64,000 nt of DNA from Hormiphora californensis (taxonomy: Eukaryota; Animalia; Ctenophora), in the NCBI GenBank assembly GCA_020137815.1, contig CM035355.1, positions 1,984,001 to 2,048,000 of the forward strand. The letters run 5' to 3'. Numbering within the stretch: position 1 is the first letter of the stretch; each line of letters begins with the position of its first letter. The position numbers and the translations under genes are program-made. Under the pieces are notes generated by a model. That model was not told the origin of the DNA and made no database searches. It saw only the letters and a program-made list of their open reading frames with translations. This document shows, in pieces, positions 1 to 12,660 of the stretch.

Positions 1-158
1 CCCCACAGTCTGTGTATAATTGCTATCCTATTAGATGATCCCATCCCTGCACGCCCCTATAATTGACCTTCCATTACATTCCCTTCGAAGGCCTTCACAC
101 ACAACATGCAGCCCAATGAGACCATTATATGCATGATATGTTACATGATATGTTACAG

Positions 159-260
159 GTGTTACCCTTCCTGTTGAGACGAATGAAGGAGGATGTTTTG
201 AAGGACCTCCCTCCTAAGATTATACAGGACTACTATTGTACAATGACTTCCCTACAACAG
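159..260 (+). pseudogene. BTAF1: Out-of-order duplicate of a BTAF1 helicase exon ([34 protein letters not shown]), part of a duplicated block
   Basis: Encodes the same 34 codons as 3892-3993, with 3 synonymous differences. Flanked by ttacag and gtaagt. Surrounding 1-467 matches about 3746-4213. It lies upstream of exons that should precede it. Confidence 0.75.
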
Positions 261-469
261 GTAAGTCACCCCTCTCAACCGCACGGGTTATACCTTAGTC
301 CCGCTTTTATTTCAACCGCGAGGGCCGAGGATTGAATGTACTAGTGTTATAGTTTACCCCCTGTATTTTAGACTTTAGCACTCGTTCCATAGGCTGCCAT
401 ATAATTTAGTAAAAGTCAGTCGACCGGGTGTAATTCGTTTGTAATGTATATATTTTTCAAATCCAATCC

Positions 470-612
470 ACAATCTTGCTGAAGTATTAGACAACAAGGC
501 ACGTGCAGATGTGGTGTATTTCGATTTCTCACGTGCCTTTGATTCGTGTAACCACGACCTAATACTCAGCAAATTGAAGCATGTTTTTGGAGTTGAGGGT
601 AATCTCCTGAGG
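470..612 (+). mobile_element. Non-LTR retrotransposon (CR1/L2-type) reverse transcriptase fragment
   Basis: Translates as NLAEVLDNKARADVVYFDFSRAFDSCNHDLILSKLKHVFGVEGNLLR, matching the LINE RT motif D.vYlDFskAFD.v.H..Ll.KL...Gi.G.ll. Truncated on both sides. Confidence 0.8.
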
Positions 613-1270
613 ATTACTCGTTCGTTACGTTGCATTTCGTTTCACTTTCGCTTGTCTCATACACTAAAAAGGGCTGTTTTCCTCAATAAAATGCAACTCA
701 AATCTGCCTCTAGTTCTCATTTCCATCACACATGACCTCCCAGTTACCACTGAAATGTCTCTCGGGCTTGGCCTGGTCTCATTACTAAATTACAGCAACA
801 TTTTTGTCCAATATGAGCTCTTCCCCTCACTAAAATACAACTTAAATCCGCCTCAAATACCAATATTCGAGAACATATGATCTCTCAGTCACCAGTGAGC
901 AGTCTCCCCGGCAACGCACAGTCCAATAGTTAGTTTAGGGCAGCAATTTTGGCCAAAATCGACCAAAACTTTGAAATTTCGCATTTAATTAAATTTGGGA
1001 AACTTTGTACTTTGCCATTGCGTGTTTGATAAAGGAGCACTAACAAGTCACAGAGCAGAATTCTATTCATTACTCGTTCGTTACGTTGCATTTCGTTTCA
1101 CTTTCGCTTGTCTCATACACTAAAAAGGGCTGTTTTCCTCAATAAAATGCAACTCAAATCTGCCTCTAGTTCTCATTTCCATCACACATGACCTCCCAGT
1201 TACCACTGAAATGTCTCTCGGGCTTGGCCTGGTCTCATTACTAAATTACAGCAACATTTTTGTCCAATAT
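613..1270. repeat. 202-bp identical direct repeat (613-814 and 1069-1270)
   Basis: attactcgttcgttacg...tttttgtccaatat occurs twice, 456 bp apart. No TG..CA LTR ends. Confidence 0.85.
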
Positions 1271-1616
1271 TACCCCCCGTTTTGATAAATGTTATTATCT
1301 ATCTCATCCGAATCGTCTTCTAGAATATTTTACACTCTAGTGGTGCTACAATCTGCCCAACCCATTGTTTGTGTTTGATCGTTTTCGTTCTTTGTCACCA
1401 TTGGAAATGTTTACACCTCTCATCTCATCACCAACAACATGACGGTACCAATCATTCATCAAGGTCGTAAGTTCACCTGTCCGTATTGTTTGTTCATTTA
1501 TTGTGTACAGTTGATATTGTGAATGTAATTGACTATTCAATAATTAAGAGTAAGACAAGACATAGCTTGAGAGTGTGCCCCAGACAGACCAACAAATACG
1601 ATAAATATCAAACCAG

Positions 1617-1806
1617 ACCAAGACCCTCTCAAAGGCAAAACGTTACCTATTATCAAGACCAAGACCCTCTCAAAGGCAAAACGTTACCTACCCGACCAAG
1701 ACCCTCTCAAAGGCAAAATGTTACCTATTTTCAAGACCAAGACCCTCTCAAAGGCAAAATGTTACCTACCCGACCAAGACCCCCTCAAAGGCAAAACGTT
1801 ACCTAA
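1617..1806. repeat. Minisatellite, about 5 copies of a 37-41 bp unit
   Basis: Repeated accaagaccctctcaaaggcaaaa(c/t)gttaccta with alternating short linkers. Confidence 0.9.
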
Positions 1807-2161
1807 CGGACCAAGATCCTCTCGAATGTTCCAGTTAAAATTTTTGGTTTTTGGGGGTTCAAGATGGACAAACTGGGTGAGGAAGGGCTATAGATTAAAG
1901 TTTAAGTAGTATACTTGTTATACTTAAACTTTAAGGAGTATGGAGTAGGGAAGAAGGGAAAATGTTGCTAGTTATGTATAATCATGGAAACGCGAATTTA
2001 ACAGCACCCCAGGCCCCGAAAGTTCATAGGTAAACGATGAATAATCATGTGATTAGTTTATTACTTTCTTTAAAATGGAACGGCAAGATGAGAACATAGG
2101 AATGAACTGTTCCTTTGTGTGTGTTATTTAAAAAATCCGACTTCAATCCCCTCTCCTCCAG

Positions 2162-5100
2162 GATGGTGTGAATTGGTTGTGGTTCCTCAGCCAGTTTGGG
2201 CTCCACGGTATACTCTGTGATGACATGGGATTGGGGAAGACCCTTCAGACTCTGTGTATCATTGGAACGGCACACGAGAAACAGCGAGCATCTCTCAAGG
2301 TATGTTGCTGTTGGGAAAGGGGGGATACACACTTTGAGCAATCTCAATTCTAGCTAATCACCGGGGCGGGGTGTGGTGGTATCCAAAGATAACTTCCTTT
2401 ATAATCCATGTAATGGTTATACATATCGATCGCATCTAGAAATGCTAAGTCATGCTCCTAATAATCTTTCATATTTTTAGGGTGAAAAGGCTCTCCCATC
2501 TCTGGTTGTGTGTCCCCCAACCCTCATTGGACATTGGTTTTACGAAACGGAAAAGTTTGTAGACCCTCTGGATCTATCACCCCTAATATATCATGGTTAG
2601 TACATATTGGAGCACAACCAATCAGAACTCGTTATTTAGGTCATGTGACTGGTTATCAGCCAATCAGGGACCAGTATTTCTTGGTTCGATCGGTTCCTGT
2701 TAGTATTGGAGCACTTGTATTACAAAATATCTTGGTACTCAAAGTTCAAATTCCCCAGCTTTCGTACAGCAAAAAATCGATAGCAGACATTCCCCACATT
2801 CAACATCCCTTACATTTTGCAGGTGGGACAGCAGAGAGGGTTGGTCTACAAAAAGTGGTAAAATCAGGGCGACACAACCTGATTATCTGCTCCTATGACG
2901 TCCTCAGAAATGACACTGAGTTCTTTGCCGGGCTTCGGTGGAACTACTGCGTGCTAGATGAGGGACATGTGATAAAGAATACGAAGACAAAGGTGGCCCA
3001 AGCTATCAGAGGTGTTCAGGCGTTACACAGGTATCATAGGGAGGGGGCTGAAAGAGGGGGGGACTGAGAGGTTGAAGTTTTCTACCCAAATTTTCCAAAT
3101 CGGTGACTTAAAAAAACTGGCTAGTTTTGTAACATTCCCTACAGATTGATCCTATCGGGTACACCAATACAGAACAATGTCCTGGAGCTCTGGGGACTAT
3201 TTGATTGGCTCATGCCTGGCTTCCTGGGCACAGAGCGGCAGTTTAATGAGCTATACAGCAGACCCATTAACCTGTCACGTGATAGCAAGAGCAATACACG
3301 TGATCAGGAGAATGGGGCCCTTGCACTGGAGGCACTACACAGACAGGTACACTTGCACTGGAGGCACTACACAGACAGGTACAGCTGGTGGTGGTAATTA
3401 GTGGGTATAGTACCCACTTATTAGGAACGGGAGCTTCATAGTTCATTGCACCAACCTCTTACTGGCCATGGTGCTCCACACTAGCCAGTGTCCTCGTAGA
3501 AGAAGAAGAATTACCCACTGGATTTACGTGTTCTTACTTGCCAACTTATAAAAAGTACCTACCTCAACTCTGTTATCCATGATACCTGTACCTCACTTAG
3601 CCCCACACACAGTGTCCCAGATGTTTGTGTAGTCCCGCTCTCTATTACAGCTCTATAGTTGTCATGGACACGCCCCTAGCGACTTATTCCCTGTAAACAC
3701 GTGCCCATGTTACCCAGGTGTTTTACAGGCGTGCACCCCCACACTCCACAGTCTGTGTATAATTGCTATCCTATTAGATGATCCCTCCCCTACACGCCCC
3801 TATAATTGACCTTCCAGTATATTCCCTTCACACACAACATGCAGCCCAAAAAAGACCATATATGCATGATATGTTACATGATATGTTACAGGTGTTACCC
3901 TTCCTATTGAGACGAATGAAGGAGGATGTCTTGAAGGACCTCCCTCCTAAGATTATACAGGACTACTATTGTACAATGACCTCCCTACAACAGGCAAGTC
4001 CCCCTCTCAACCGCATGGGACATGGGTTATACCTTAGCACTTAGTCCCACCTTTATTTCAACCGCAAGGGCTGATGGCCGAATGTAGTATACTTTACACC
4101 CTGTATTTTAGACTTTAGCACTTGTTCCATAGCATCTAGGCTGCCATATAATCTAGTAAAAGTCAGTCGACCGGGTGTAATTCGTTTGTAATGTATATTT
4201 TTTTCAAATCCAATCAAATCCCCCCACGGTTCAGCTGCCATATTCCGTCATTAAACCTTATATAGGATAATTAGGACAATAATACTTAGGACCCAGGTGT
4301 GGGATGCAGATGGAATACTGTGTACAACAGATTGAGTTGACATTTTGTAGAGTGAGACACAGCTCCAATCAGCCTCTTTAATTATATTTTGCAGCACATA
4401 CTAGCTCCAGATTGAATTATTATGCCGTGATTAATCTCTATACTTACTCTCTAAGTTGTACCATATTTTTCCAATCTAATCAAACCCGCTGTAGAACTCA
4501 GGACCCCCACCCTTGAGTCGCCTGGCATTGTGTCCACGTATATAAAGTATGAACAATTCAACCCTACCCACGTTGTCCTTACACTCGGCACGTAGTTACA
4601 GTACTTACACCCGCCACATCCAATCATTCCTGTCGCCTCCGATTGATTTGTAGTAGCTCGATGTGTCACAACTCTTGAGATAGTAAAACAAATTAGTGTC
4701 ATGTCAGTATTAGTAAAATACTTAACTACGACTCTCGAAATACCATGGCTAATTCTTACTTGTTTAATTGAAATTATATTTATTTTCAATTGACAATCCC
4801 TTCTTCAGGAACTGTATGACAAGTATTCGGAGAGTTTCACAGGTGCAGCTGATCTTGAGAAAGAAAAGGAAGTACATGTGTTCCAATCACTTCACTTCCT
4901 ACGAAAGGTACGTGTGTTTTGTGGCATTGAACTGGCAATTGATAATAACGTTAAACTATATAACATGTACCTTTGAATGTGCCTCCGATTTGGCACCTTT
5001 TTGAGGGATAGTCTTTTACTTAACCTCTCATGTTACTGTTCTGTATAATATTTACCATTTGTTCCCCCCTCTCAGCATTCTTTATGCTGCTTATATAATC

Positions 5101-8100
5101 GAATTAAATACTGGCTGAATTATCTCTCTTTCCCTCTCCCCCTAAATAGCCACACCTGCTGAGAGTCCGCGCTTTCCCCGTTTGGCTGTCACAGCTTCAA
5201 TATGAAAGTTCATTCGATAATTATCATTATACTCTCTCCGTTATTCCTTGAACCAGTTTGCCATTTCTTTCTCTCGTTGTTTAGAAAATCTATCTGTAAT
5301 TGCTCTCTTGGTCTCTAGCTCTCCTTGTCTAAGTCTCACTCTACTTATTTCTCTCCTTCTCTATATTTTTAGTCTTTCCTTGTGCATCGCACTCTAGTAT
5401 TTTCTTCCTATTTTCTCTCCTTTTCTCTCTCCTTCTCTCTCCCCTCTATCTGCTGCTGCAGTTCTCCACCTGGGCACATTTCCGCGCATTGCCCACTTGG
5501 CTGTCAGCCCTCTCTCGCAGTAAAATTCTCTCTTTCACTTCTGTTCATTTCGTTGTCATAGTAACTCCCTCTCAGATCTTCTTTACCTCATAATATTTTG
5601 TTCATTCTGCGTGTCGTGTTGTCAGCATATAATACTGCATATTATAATGTGCCGTACATTGTGCTCGCTGTATGACACATTGTACTCTATACTGCATGTA
5701 TACTCTATGTACTGTGGTATATACTACTGTGGTATATACTGTGGTATATAATGACATGTTGCCTACACCAATAGCACAGTGCCTGTAGACTGCAGCAGCT
5801 GTGTAATTATTGGCTTGCATGTTTCACCATAACTTCCATGGGTGTCCTATAATTTGTGTGGGTGGGTGTACAATGATCTCTCTCTCACTGAGCTTGCTTT
5901 CGGTTTTCGGTGCAGTTATTTGTTTGCTAGGTTCTTTTGTTGGGAGGTTAAATATTGAAATGGAGGCTTCTGTTCTGACTTAAATTATCTTCAAGTCCCG
6001 CCCAATTAGTTCATCTTATTGTCTTTTAACAAGTTCATCTAGCACCACTCCGACTACATAGCGTCCCTTCAGTACACCAGAGTAGACAAACAATGCCAGC
6101 TATTGTTGTACTAAGTTCCAAACAGGAAATGACCTAAGTAATCTGTCTGTTAAACTAATTGACCAATCAGCGACAAGCTACATACACAATTGATATTAGA
6201 GTTAGTGAAAGAATGAATAGGGAAGAGCAGGAAGTAAAGAAATTCACGAACTAACTTCAAATAGTTTTAATCTTTTGTTTTAGATATTTTGTGAGTGGGG
6301 ATGAGGCGTATGGGATGTTATTGGAGGTTGTAGTTCTCATCCTAGATATGGGTTCTCTCACCCGTTGCTAGGTGTGTTTATATAGAGGCTACAACAAAAT
6401 GAAGAGCTTGAGCACCGTACCATTGTTCCTATGGTAACGAAAGAGGGGTCTACAGGATAATGAGGTGATGATAATCACCTCGGTGCTCAAGCTCCCATGA
6501 TCTGAATGAGGGTTTTTCTGTTATACACTACCATTGATATGGCTTCATTTAGAGTTCCTGTCAGTGGTTCAAACGGTGCCATGTGACATTCAATGTGACC
6601 CGTTTTCAACCAATAGGGGTGGAGATGTGAAGTGTGAATGTAATGTGGAATGGGGGGGGGGGGTGCGGAGGTTAGGGAATTGATGAGATCTCTTGGGTCA
6701 TCTAAAACTTCGAACAAATCTGAGAATAAAAAGTAAAGAAACAAATTGGGAACAAATTGGAATAAAATCACGTCCTTTGCTTTGGTAAATCCGAAATTGA
6801 ATAATTTCTGATGGAACCCTGCTAGAGATAGAAGAATTGACTCTCTCCCTCTCACAATCTCACACATTCTCTCTCTCCCTAGTCCCTGATGATGAAAAAC
6901 AAGTCCAGCAGGAACATTTCTACGGGTCCATTCTCAAGTGGATTCCAAGCTAATTCAGCTAAACCTTGTCACAGGGTACCTGTGAGTACCAGTGACCAGG
7001 TTTAGCTGAATTAGCTTGGAATCCACTCGAGAATGGACCCGTAGAAATGTTCCTGCTGGACTTGTTTTTCATCATCAGGGAGAGAGAGAATGTGTGAGAT
7101 TATGAGAGGGAGAGAGTCAATTCTTCTATCTCAATTTCGGATTTACCAAAGCAAAGGACGTGATTTTATTCCAATTCGTTTCTTTACTTTTTATTCTCGC
7201 ATTTGTTCGAAGTTCTAGATGACCCAAGAGATCTCATCAATTCCCAAACCTCCGCACCCCCCCCCCCCCCATTCCACATTACATTCACACTTCACATCTC
7301 CACCCCTATTGGTTGAAAACGTGTCACATTGAATGTCACATGACACCGTTTGAACCACTGACAGGAACTCTAAATGAAGCCATATCAATGGTAGTGTACA
7401 ACAGAAAGACCCTCGTTCAGATCATGGGAGCTTGAGCACCGCGGTGATTATCATCACCTCATTATCCTGTAGACCCCTCTTTCGTTACCATGGGAACAAT
7501 GGTACGGTGCTCAAGCTCTTCATTTTGTTGTAGCCTCTATAACCAACCCTTTGTTAACCTCCTACACCGGCCCAGTTGCTAACCACCTACACCCCGTTGC
7601 TAACGACTCTCATCCCGTTGCTAACGACTCCCACCCCGTTGCTAGGTGTGTAACCATCCCTTGCTGGTGTTACCAAAAGACCATGAATTACAATCTAAAC
7701 TCACCTCTACTGAAAGTGTATCCTACAGCGGGAAACTCCTTGCCCTACAACAGCTTCTACAGGACTGTGGCATTGGTGAGTCATACCATACTAGCAGTAT
7801 TGTGTTGTGTGTAGGTAGGGGTGTCAGGAGAAGACACAAAAAAAGGGGGGTGTTGTGTAACAGCAATTGACACCCTGGATTTTAATCCAGGCTATCTAAA
7901 CTGCTGCTGCTGCTGTACCAAAATGTTATGTATTTTGGTACAGCAGCAGCTCTCTGCTGACCTTTCCCCCATACAAACTATACGTCATGTTGAATGACCT
8001 CTCATCTCCCCTGCAGGATCGACAGTTGTGTCCCCTCATCGGGCCCTAGTTTTCTGTCAACTCAAGTCAATGCTCGATATTATTGAGAACTACCTCCTCA

Positions 8101-8579
8101 AACTACACCTCCCCAATGTCTCCTATCTTCGTATCGACGGTGAGTTGTTTTTTTCTTCTTTTTTCAGTCTATCATAGTTGGTTGTATTTTCTTCAGTCTA
8201 TAGTTGGTTCTTTTTTGTTTCAAAAGGTGATGAAAGACATCTTTTTTACCGTTTTTTATCTGTCACCAGATCATAAGTTTCACTTTTCGTCAGGGCTATT
8301 TTTACTACCCACTCTCCTTCTATGCAGTGAAGTCTGCCCCCTGAAATCAGTTTTAAAATTGCTCTAAGTCCAGTTCGGTGATGTCTTATATGTTTAACAT
8401 TCCTCTCGTTCTATCTATAGGTCTCTCTGTGTCCCTCTTTGTGTGGGGGGGGGGGGGTAGGTGTTGTCTCCTCCTTGTCTCAACTCGAAGGAAGCACTTG
8501 ACATGTGTATTGCTTGGTGATGAAATTACCCCTCATCGCAAGCTCCCTACACAGCGTAATAGGGGTATACAGCTCCCTT

Positions 8580-8659
<80 letters not shown>

Positions 8660-11440
8660 ACCTCTCTCTCTCTCATTCTCTCTAACTAAATAGTTATAAC
8701 TCCCCCTAAACAGGTAACACCCCGGCCCCGGAGAGAGTTCCCATTGTACACAAGTTCAACTCTGACCCCTCCTACGATATACTCCTTCTCACTACATCTG
8801 TTGGGGGACTAGGACTCAACCTTACAGGTACGATATACTCCTTCTTACCACTTCTGTTGGGGGACTGGGACTCAACCTTACAGGTAACCATGCAGTTTTA
8901 ACACCAATGTGACGGCAAGCTTGCTATCAAACGGCAAGTTGAATCGAATTAACTAACATTCGATTCTACCGAACCTTCACAGATAAAATGCGGTGTGAGC
9001 TACACAACGCTTGTTACATTGAGTTGTTGAATCTGGAGCGGCTGATTTGTAGACGTGGCGCCCTCATCTCACTATAAATGAAATGCACATGAGAGCGGGA
9101 TTATTCTGCTGCAGTAGCAGATTCCCTCCCTCTTTAATTGCATAGGAGATTATGTTACTGCCACTCCCTTCTAAAACAGCAAGGAATCTAACTTTGGCTC
9201 GTTAACAAATGATCTGAGAAAGAGAGAACATCTGGAAGAAGGAAGAGAGTTAAGGAAAGTGGCTCACTTGTTTGCGGGCTATAACATCTTTCTTGATGAA
9301 CCTCATGGGATTTGTACACACGAGATTTCGCAACCTGGTAGCCGTCCTTGTATAAATAGAAGGTCACAGAGCTCCTCAGCTCAGCTTCTTGCGAGCCTCC
9401 TACAGCAACTGGTGTACTACTCCTCACCCCACTACTCTACCTGCGGAACCTCTACGAGGCTCCCAACCTGGCCTCTTCACACACCGAGGGAAATAAGCAG
9501 TACTCCAGACAGAGTTGCTTACACTTCTACTATTGTAGAAGTACGCGGGACTTAGTGTACGCCGGACCGGGGACCGCGTGCAGAGCAAACTTGACTTGGA
9601 AGATGGCCTAATAAGAAATCCAGCTAAAGGCTCAGTCGCATATTTTGTGTGAGCCCAGACCCATGGTGCATTGTTCTGAGGCCGGCCGCCGGTGTCCCTT
9701 TATTGTGTGCCCGACACACGTTTGAATGGTAAAAGTCACGCATTTTTGTTCGGCCAGTCATGAGATTTGTTACGCCTCCTCCTGGAATGTGGTCGGTCCC
9801 TTAAAAACCTGGCCTGAGGCAGAATGAATCAGTTCCAAAAACAATCCACTTGATACTGTTGCCATCATGAATATCCCAATATTCAATGTACATGGCACAA
9901 AGCCCTCAGGACACAGTAACACTATGTATTTGGAGAATTAATGTGACCTAACCCCGAGGGTAAATAGTATGAGTTGTAGCTGTGGTGATACGTTGCTCGT
10001 AGTGTGTGGGGAAGGAGCCAACTCTGGCAGTGTAATGCTCCCAATGCTTGTTATATATGTTCTAACCCTTCCTTTACATTTCGTGGGCGGAGCTCGCGAA
10101 AAGAGGGTCGTTAGGCAATGTAATGCAGGACTCAAACATTTCCCTGACTATAATGTTCCCCCGTGTTTATCTGGTGTTATGCCTGCCATAAAGTGGAGGG
10201 GATTCCACCCACACTGCACTGTACAGTGTGCACATTCTGATACGGCCTCGTTTTAAATCACAACCCCCCCCCCCCCCCCCATCTCAGATGCTTTTTAAAC
10301 CCCAAAATAACAACCCCTCTCCTTCATCAGGTGCTGACACGGTGATCTTCATGGAGCACGATTGGAATCCCTCCAAAGATCTCCAGGCCATGGACAGAGC
10401 CCACCGGATTGGCCAGAAGAGGGTGGTTAATGTGTACAGACTGATAACCAAGAATACACTAGAGGAGAAAATCATGGGGCTTCAGAAGTTTAAACTGGGC
10501 ATCGCCAATACAGTCATTTCGTCTGTAAGTGTTGTAAATTGATCTTTCACGACCGATCAATATCAAAGCTGGAGTCACTCGGTGGTTGTTTACTCACATT
10601 GTTGCTGTTTCAAATGCATTATACGATGATCCCTCCCTGCAGGAGAATGCATCCCTGAAACAGATGGGTAACTCGGGACTGTTGGATATGTTCAAGGAAG
10701 AGAAGCGGAAGGAGGATGTCAAGAAATCAGATGGGATCTCTGGTAAAAAAGGTAGGGTGATTGTTCTCTTGGTAACGGAATTACCTCGTAGCAGTAGGGC
10801 ACGCTCTATCATGCCAGTAAGGCAGCGGCAATTACGTAATACCAACTTTTTCCCGATACCGCAATATTTCGCTGTTAACGAATTTACCTCTACTTTGCGG
10901 GCATGCTAGAGCGTGCCCAACTACTGCGATGCAGCCTGCCGCAATATTTCATCTCTTTCTCTTTCCCGCCATTTTCTGGTCCACAGCCAGGAGGAAGTAT
11001 GTGTGTCTAGACAGTTACGGAAGTTAGTTACTTCCCTCACGTGGTGGCGATGTGTATCAGACCTGTCTGACGCATACCATGATCACGTGATATTGTTTTC
11101 TAACCAATTGAAACCGACCTGACCGTTTCCTGGCCTACTCCCTCTCTCTCCCCTCCTCCCCCCTCTCTGATCTCTCTCTTTCCCCTCCTCCCCCTCTCTA
11201 CTCCCTCTCTCCAGGTCTATCCTCGGTTTTGTCGAGTCTGGGGGATCTCTCCCCTCCCCTCCTCCCCTCCCTCTCTCTCCAGGTCTATCCTCGGTTTTGT
11301 CGAGTCTGGGTGATCTCTGGGAGGACGAGGATTACGAGAGGGAGTACAACATGAAGAGCTTTGTTGAGTCCCTGAAAACAGAGCGAAGTAGCAGTGATCC
11401 CTCTCTTAAATCTGAGGGGAGTTCGTCCAATGCAACCTAA
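2162..11440 (+). CDS. BTAF1: TATA-binding protein-associated factor 172 / Mot1 (SNF2-family ATPase), 3' portion; 5' exons lie outside the window
   Basis: Exons 2162-2299, 2481-2595, 2823-3030, 3145-3346, 3892-3993 (GC donor), 4809-4907, 7646-7775, 8017-8139, 8714-8827, 10331-10524, 10643-10751, 11283-11440 join in frame. Motifs: [15 protein letters not shown] (Walker A), [78 protein letters not shown], and the C-terminal [14 protein letters not shown] typical of BTAF1/Mot1. Confidence 0.95.
2615..2699. mobile_element. Short intronic MITE-like repeat, 5'-truncated
   Basis: caaccaatcagaactcgttatttaggtcatgtgactggttatcagccaatcagggaccagtatttcttggttcgatcggttcctg lies in a BTAF1 intron. I recall it as a high-copy ctenophore repeat (translation [22 protein letters not shown]); not verified here. 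Confidence 0.65.
6385..7537. mobile_element. Foldback (fully palindromic) non-autonomous DNA transposon in a BTAF1 intron
   Basis: Arms 6385-6966 and 6998-7537 are reverse complements around a 31-bp spacer. Termini GAGGCTAC...GTAGCCTC, flanked by TATA on both sides (4-bp TATA or 2-bp TA TSD). Superfamily uncertain; Sola-like if the TSD is 4 bp. Confidence 0.85.
8584..8683. repeat. (CT)n microsatellite
   Basis: Long CT dinucleotide run upstream of the 8714 acceptor. Confidence 0.95.
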
Positions 11441-12489
11441 ACATCTAACTGATACAACTCCTCTAATTATTTACTGTCCATCTCTGGAGACTGCGGTTAT
11501 TCAAGGACGACTCGTCGTAGCACGAAAGACAAAGAGTTTTATTGGGATGTTCCCACTATTATGGAGCAGTGCTCTAGAGGATACGATTAGTAATATTACT
11601 ACTAGGTACTGATTTGAGGGTAGTTATAGTAGTAACTAGTAATAGTCTACTTACTTATACTGTTATACTGACATATTTAACATGTTTAATATATAAGGGT
11701 TAGTATTATGTTTTATGTACGTGGTATGTGTGCTGAGACCTGAGAGAGCCATTTTACTTTGTACACATAGTTGACAATTATAGGAGCCTTCTATTGTGTA
11801 CAAAGCGAATAGCTCCCTAAGTGTGTGAACTGTGAGTGAGTGTGTGTATGTGTGTGCATTTGCCAGAGTCCTTCTTTATTTGTGATCTTCACATTCACCA
11901 ATGGGTGCTATTATTATTTGTATTTTATACAAAACACCCTCGTTTTACCTCACACCGGATGTTAATTGGTTAATTAACACTATTAATTAGTTAATTAACA
12001 CTATTATTAACCCAACTTGTTTCATTAGCCATGTCTCTCCTTTGTTGAACGCGTTCCGGATAAAGGATTGTGTAACCCCCTTTTCGTGCTGCGGAATCCT
12101 TGCCCAATTAGAAGAACCTGCAAGAGAACCACAGGTAAAATGTTAATTAATAATTAATTTGATGATTTTGGGATCTATTTATTATGATTTGTTATTGCTT
12201 CTGTCCCCACATTCACTACCACGCCCAAATATGCGAGTTAACCACGTAATCGGCCTTGTAGTTACCGTCTCATTCATACTGTATATTTTGTATACTGCAT
12301 ATTTTATGCAATTGTATGTCTTGAGCTACCAGATATATGCACGATGAGGTCATACAAATGTTTTGTTGCAAAGTGAAATTCGATTCCAACTAGGAAGTTA
12401 CCTCTCTCTCCCTCTCTCTGGCCTGCCCGGGCATGCCACAACTAGGAAGAATATGGCAGACTGTACAAATAAGTTAGGTCTCAAGTTCT

Positions 12490-12660
12490 ATTGGCTCTCC
12501 AGCGCACGTGACCTCAAATCTGGCTTCTCATTGGCTCTCCCTCTTCCCTTGAACAACATCTCACCTAGACATCACGCGGTAGTCACGTGCGCGTCACGTG
12601 ACTATCACGTGTGGTATATATCGCGCCACCCCCTGCTCTCTCTCTCCCAACGGCAGTCAC
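12490..12660 (+). promoter_or_regulatory. Putative promoter of orphan gene A: CCAAT boxes, four CACGTG E-boxes, TATA, Inr-like
   Basis: attgg at about 12490 and 12520; CACGTG at 12505, 12584, 12595, 12606; TATATA at 12615; cagtcac at about 12654; a donor aag|gtacga at about 12747 suggests a non-coding first exon. Confidence 0.55.

Noticed and set aside
470-735. Active retroelement or retron-like RT
   Set aside because: Only about 47 codons of a LINE RT, truncated by a repeat; no YADD-type motif or endonuclease.
2510-2822. N-terminal half of the 185-aa ORF
   Set aside because: Wrong frame of a BTAF1 exon plus an intron with a MITE; only 2823-3030 is coding in that frame.
9190-9610. Possible decayed retroelement in a BTAF1 intron
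   Set aside because: No motif I could assign with confidence.
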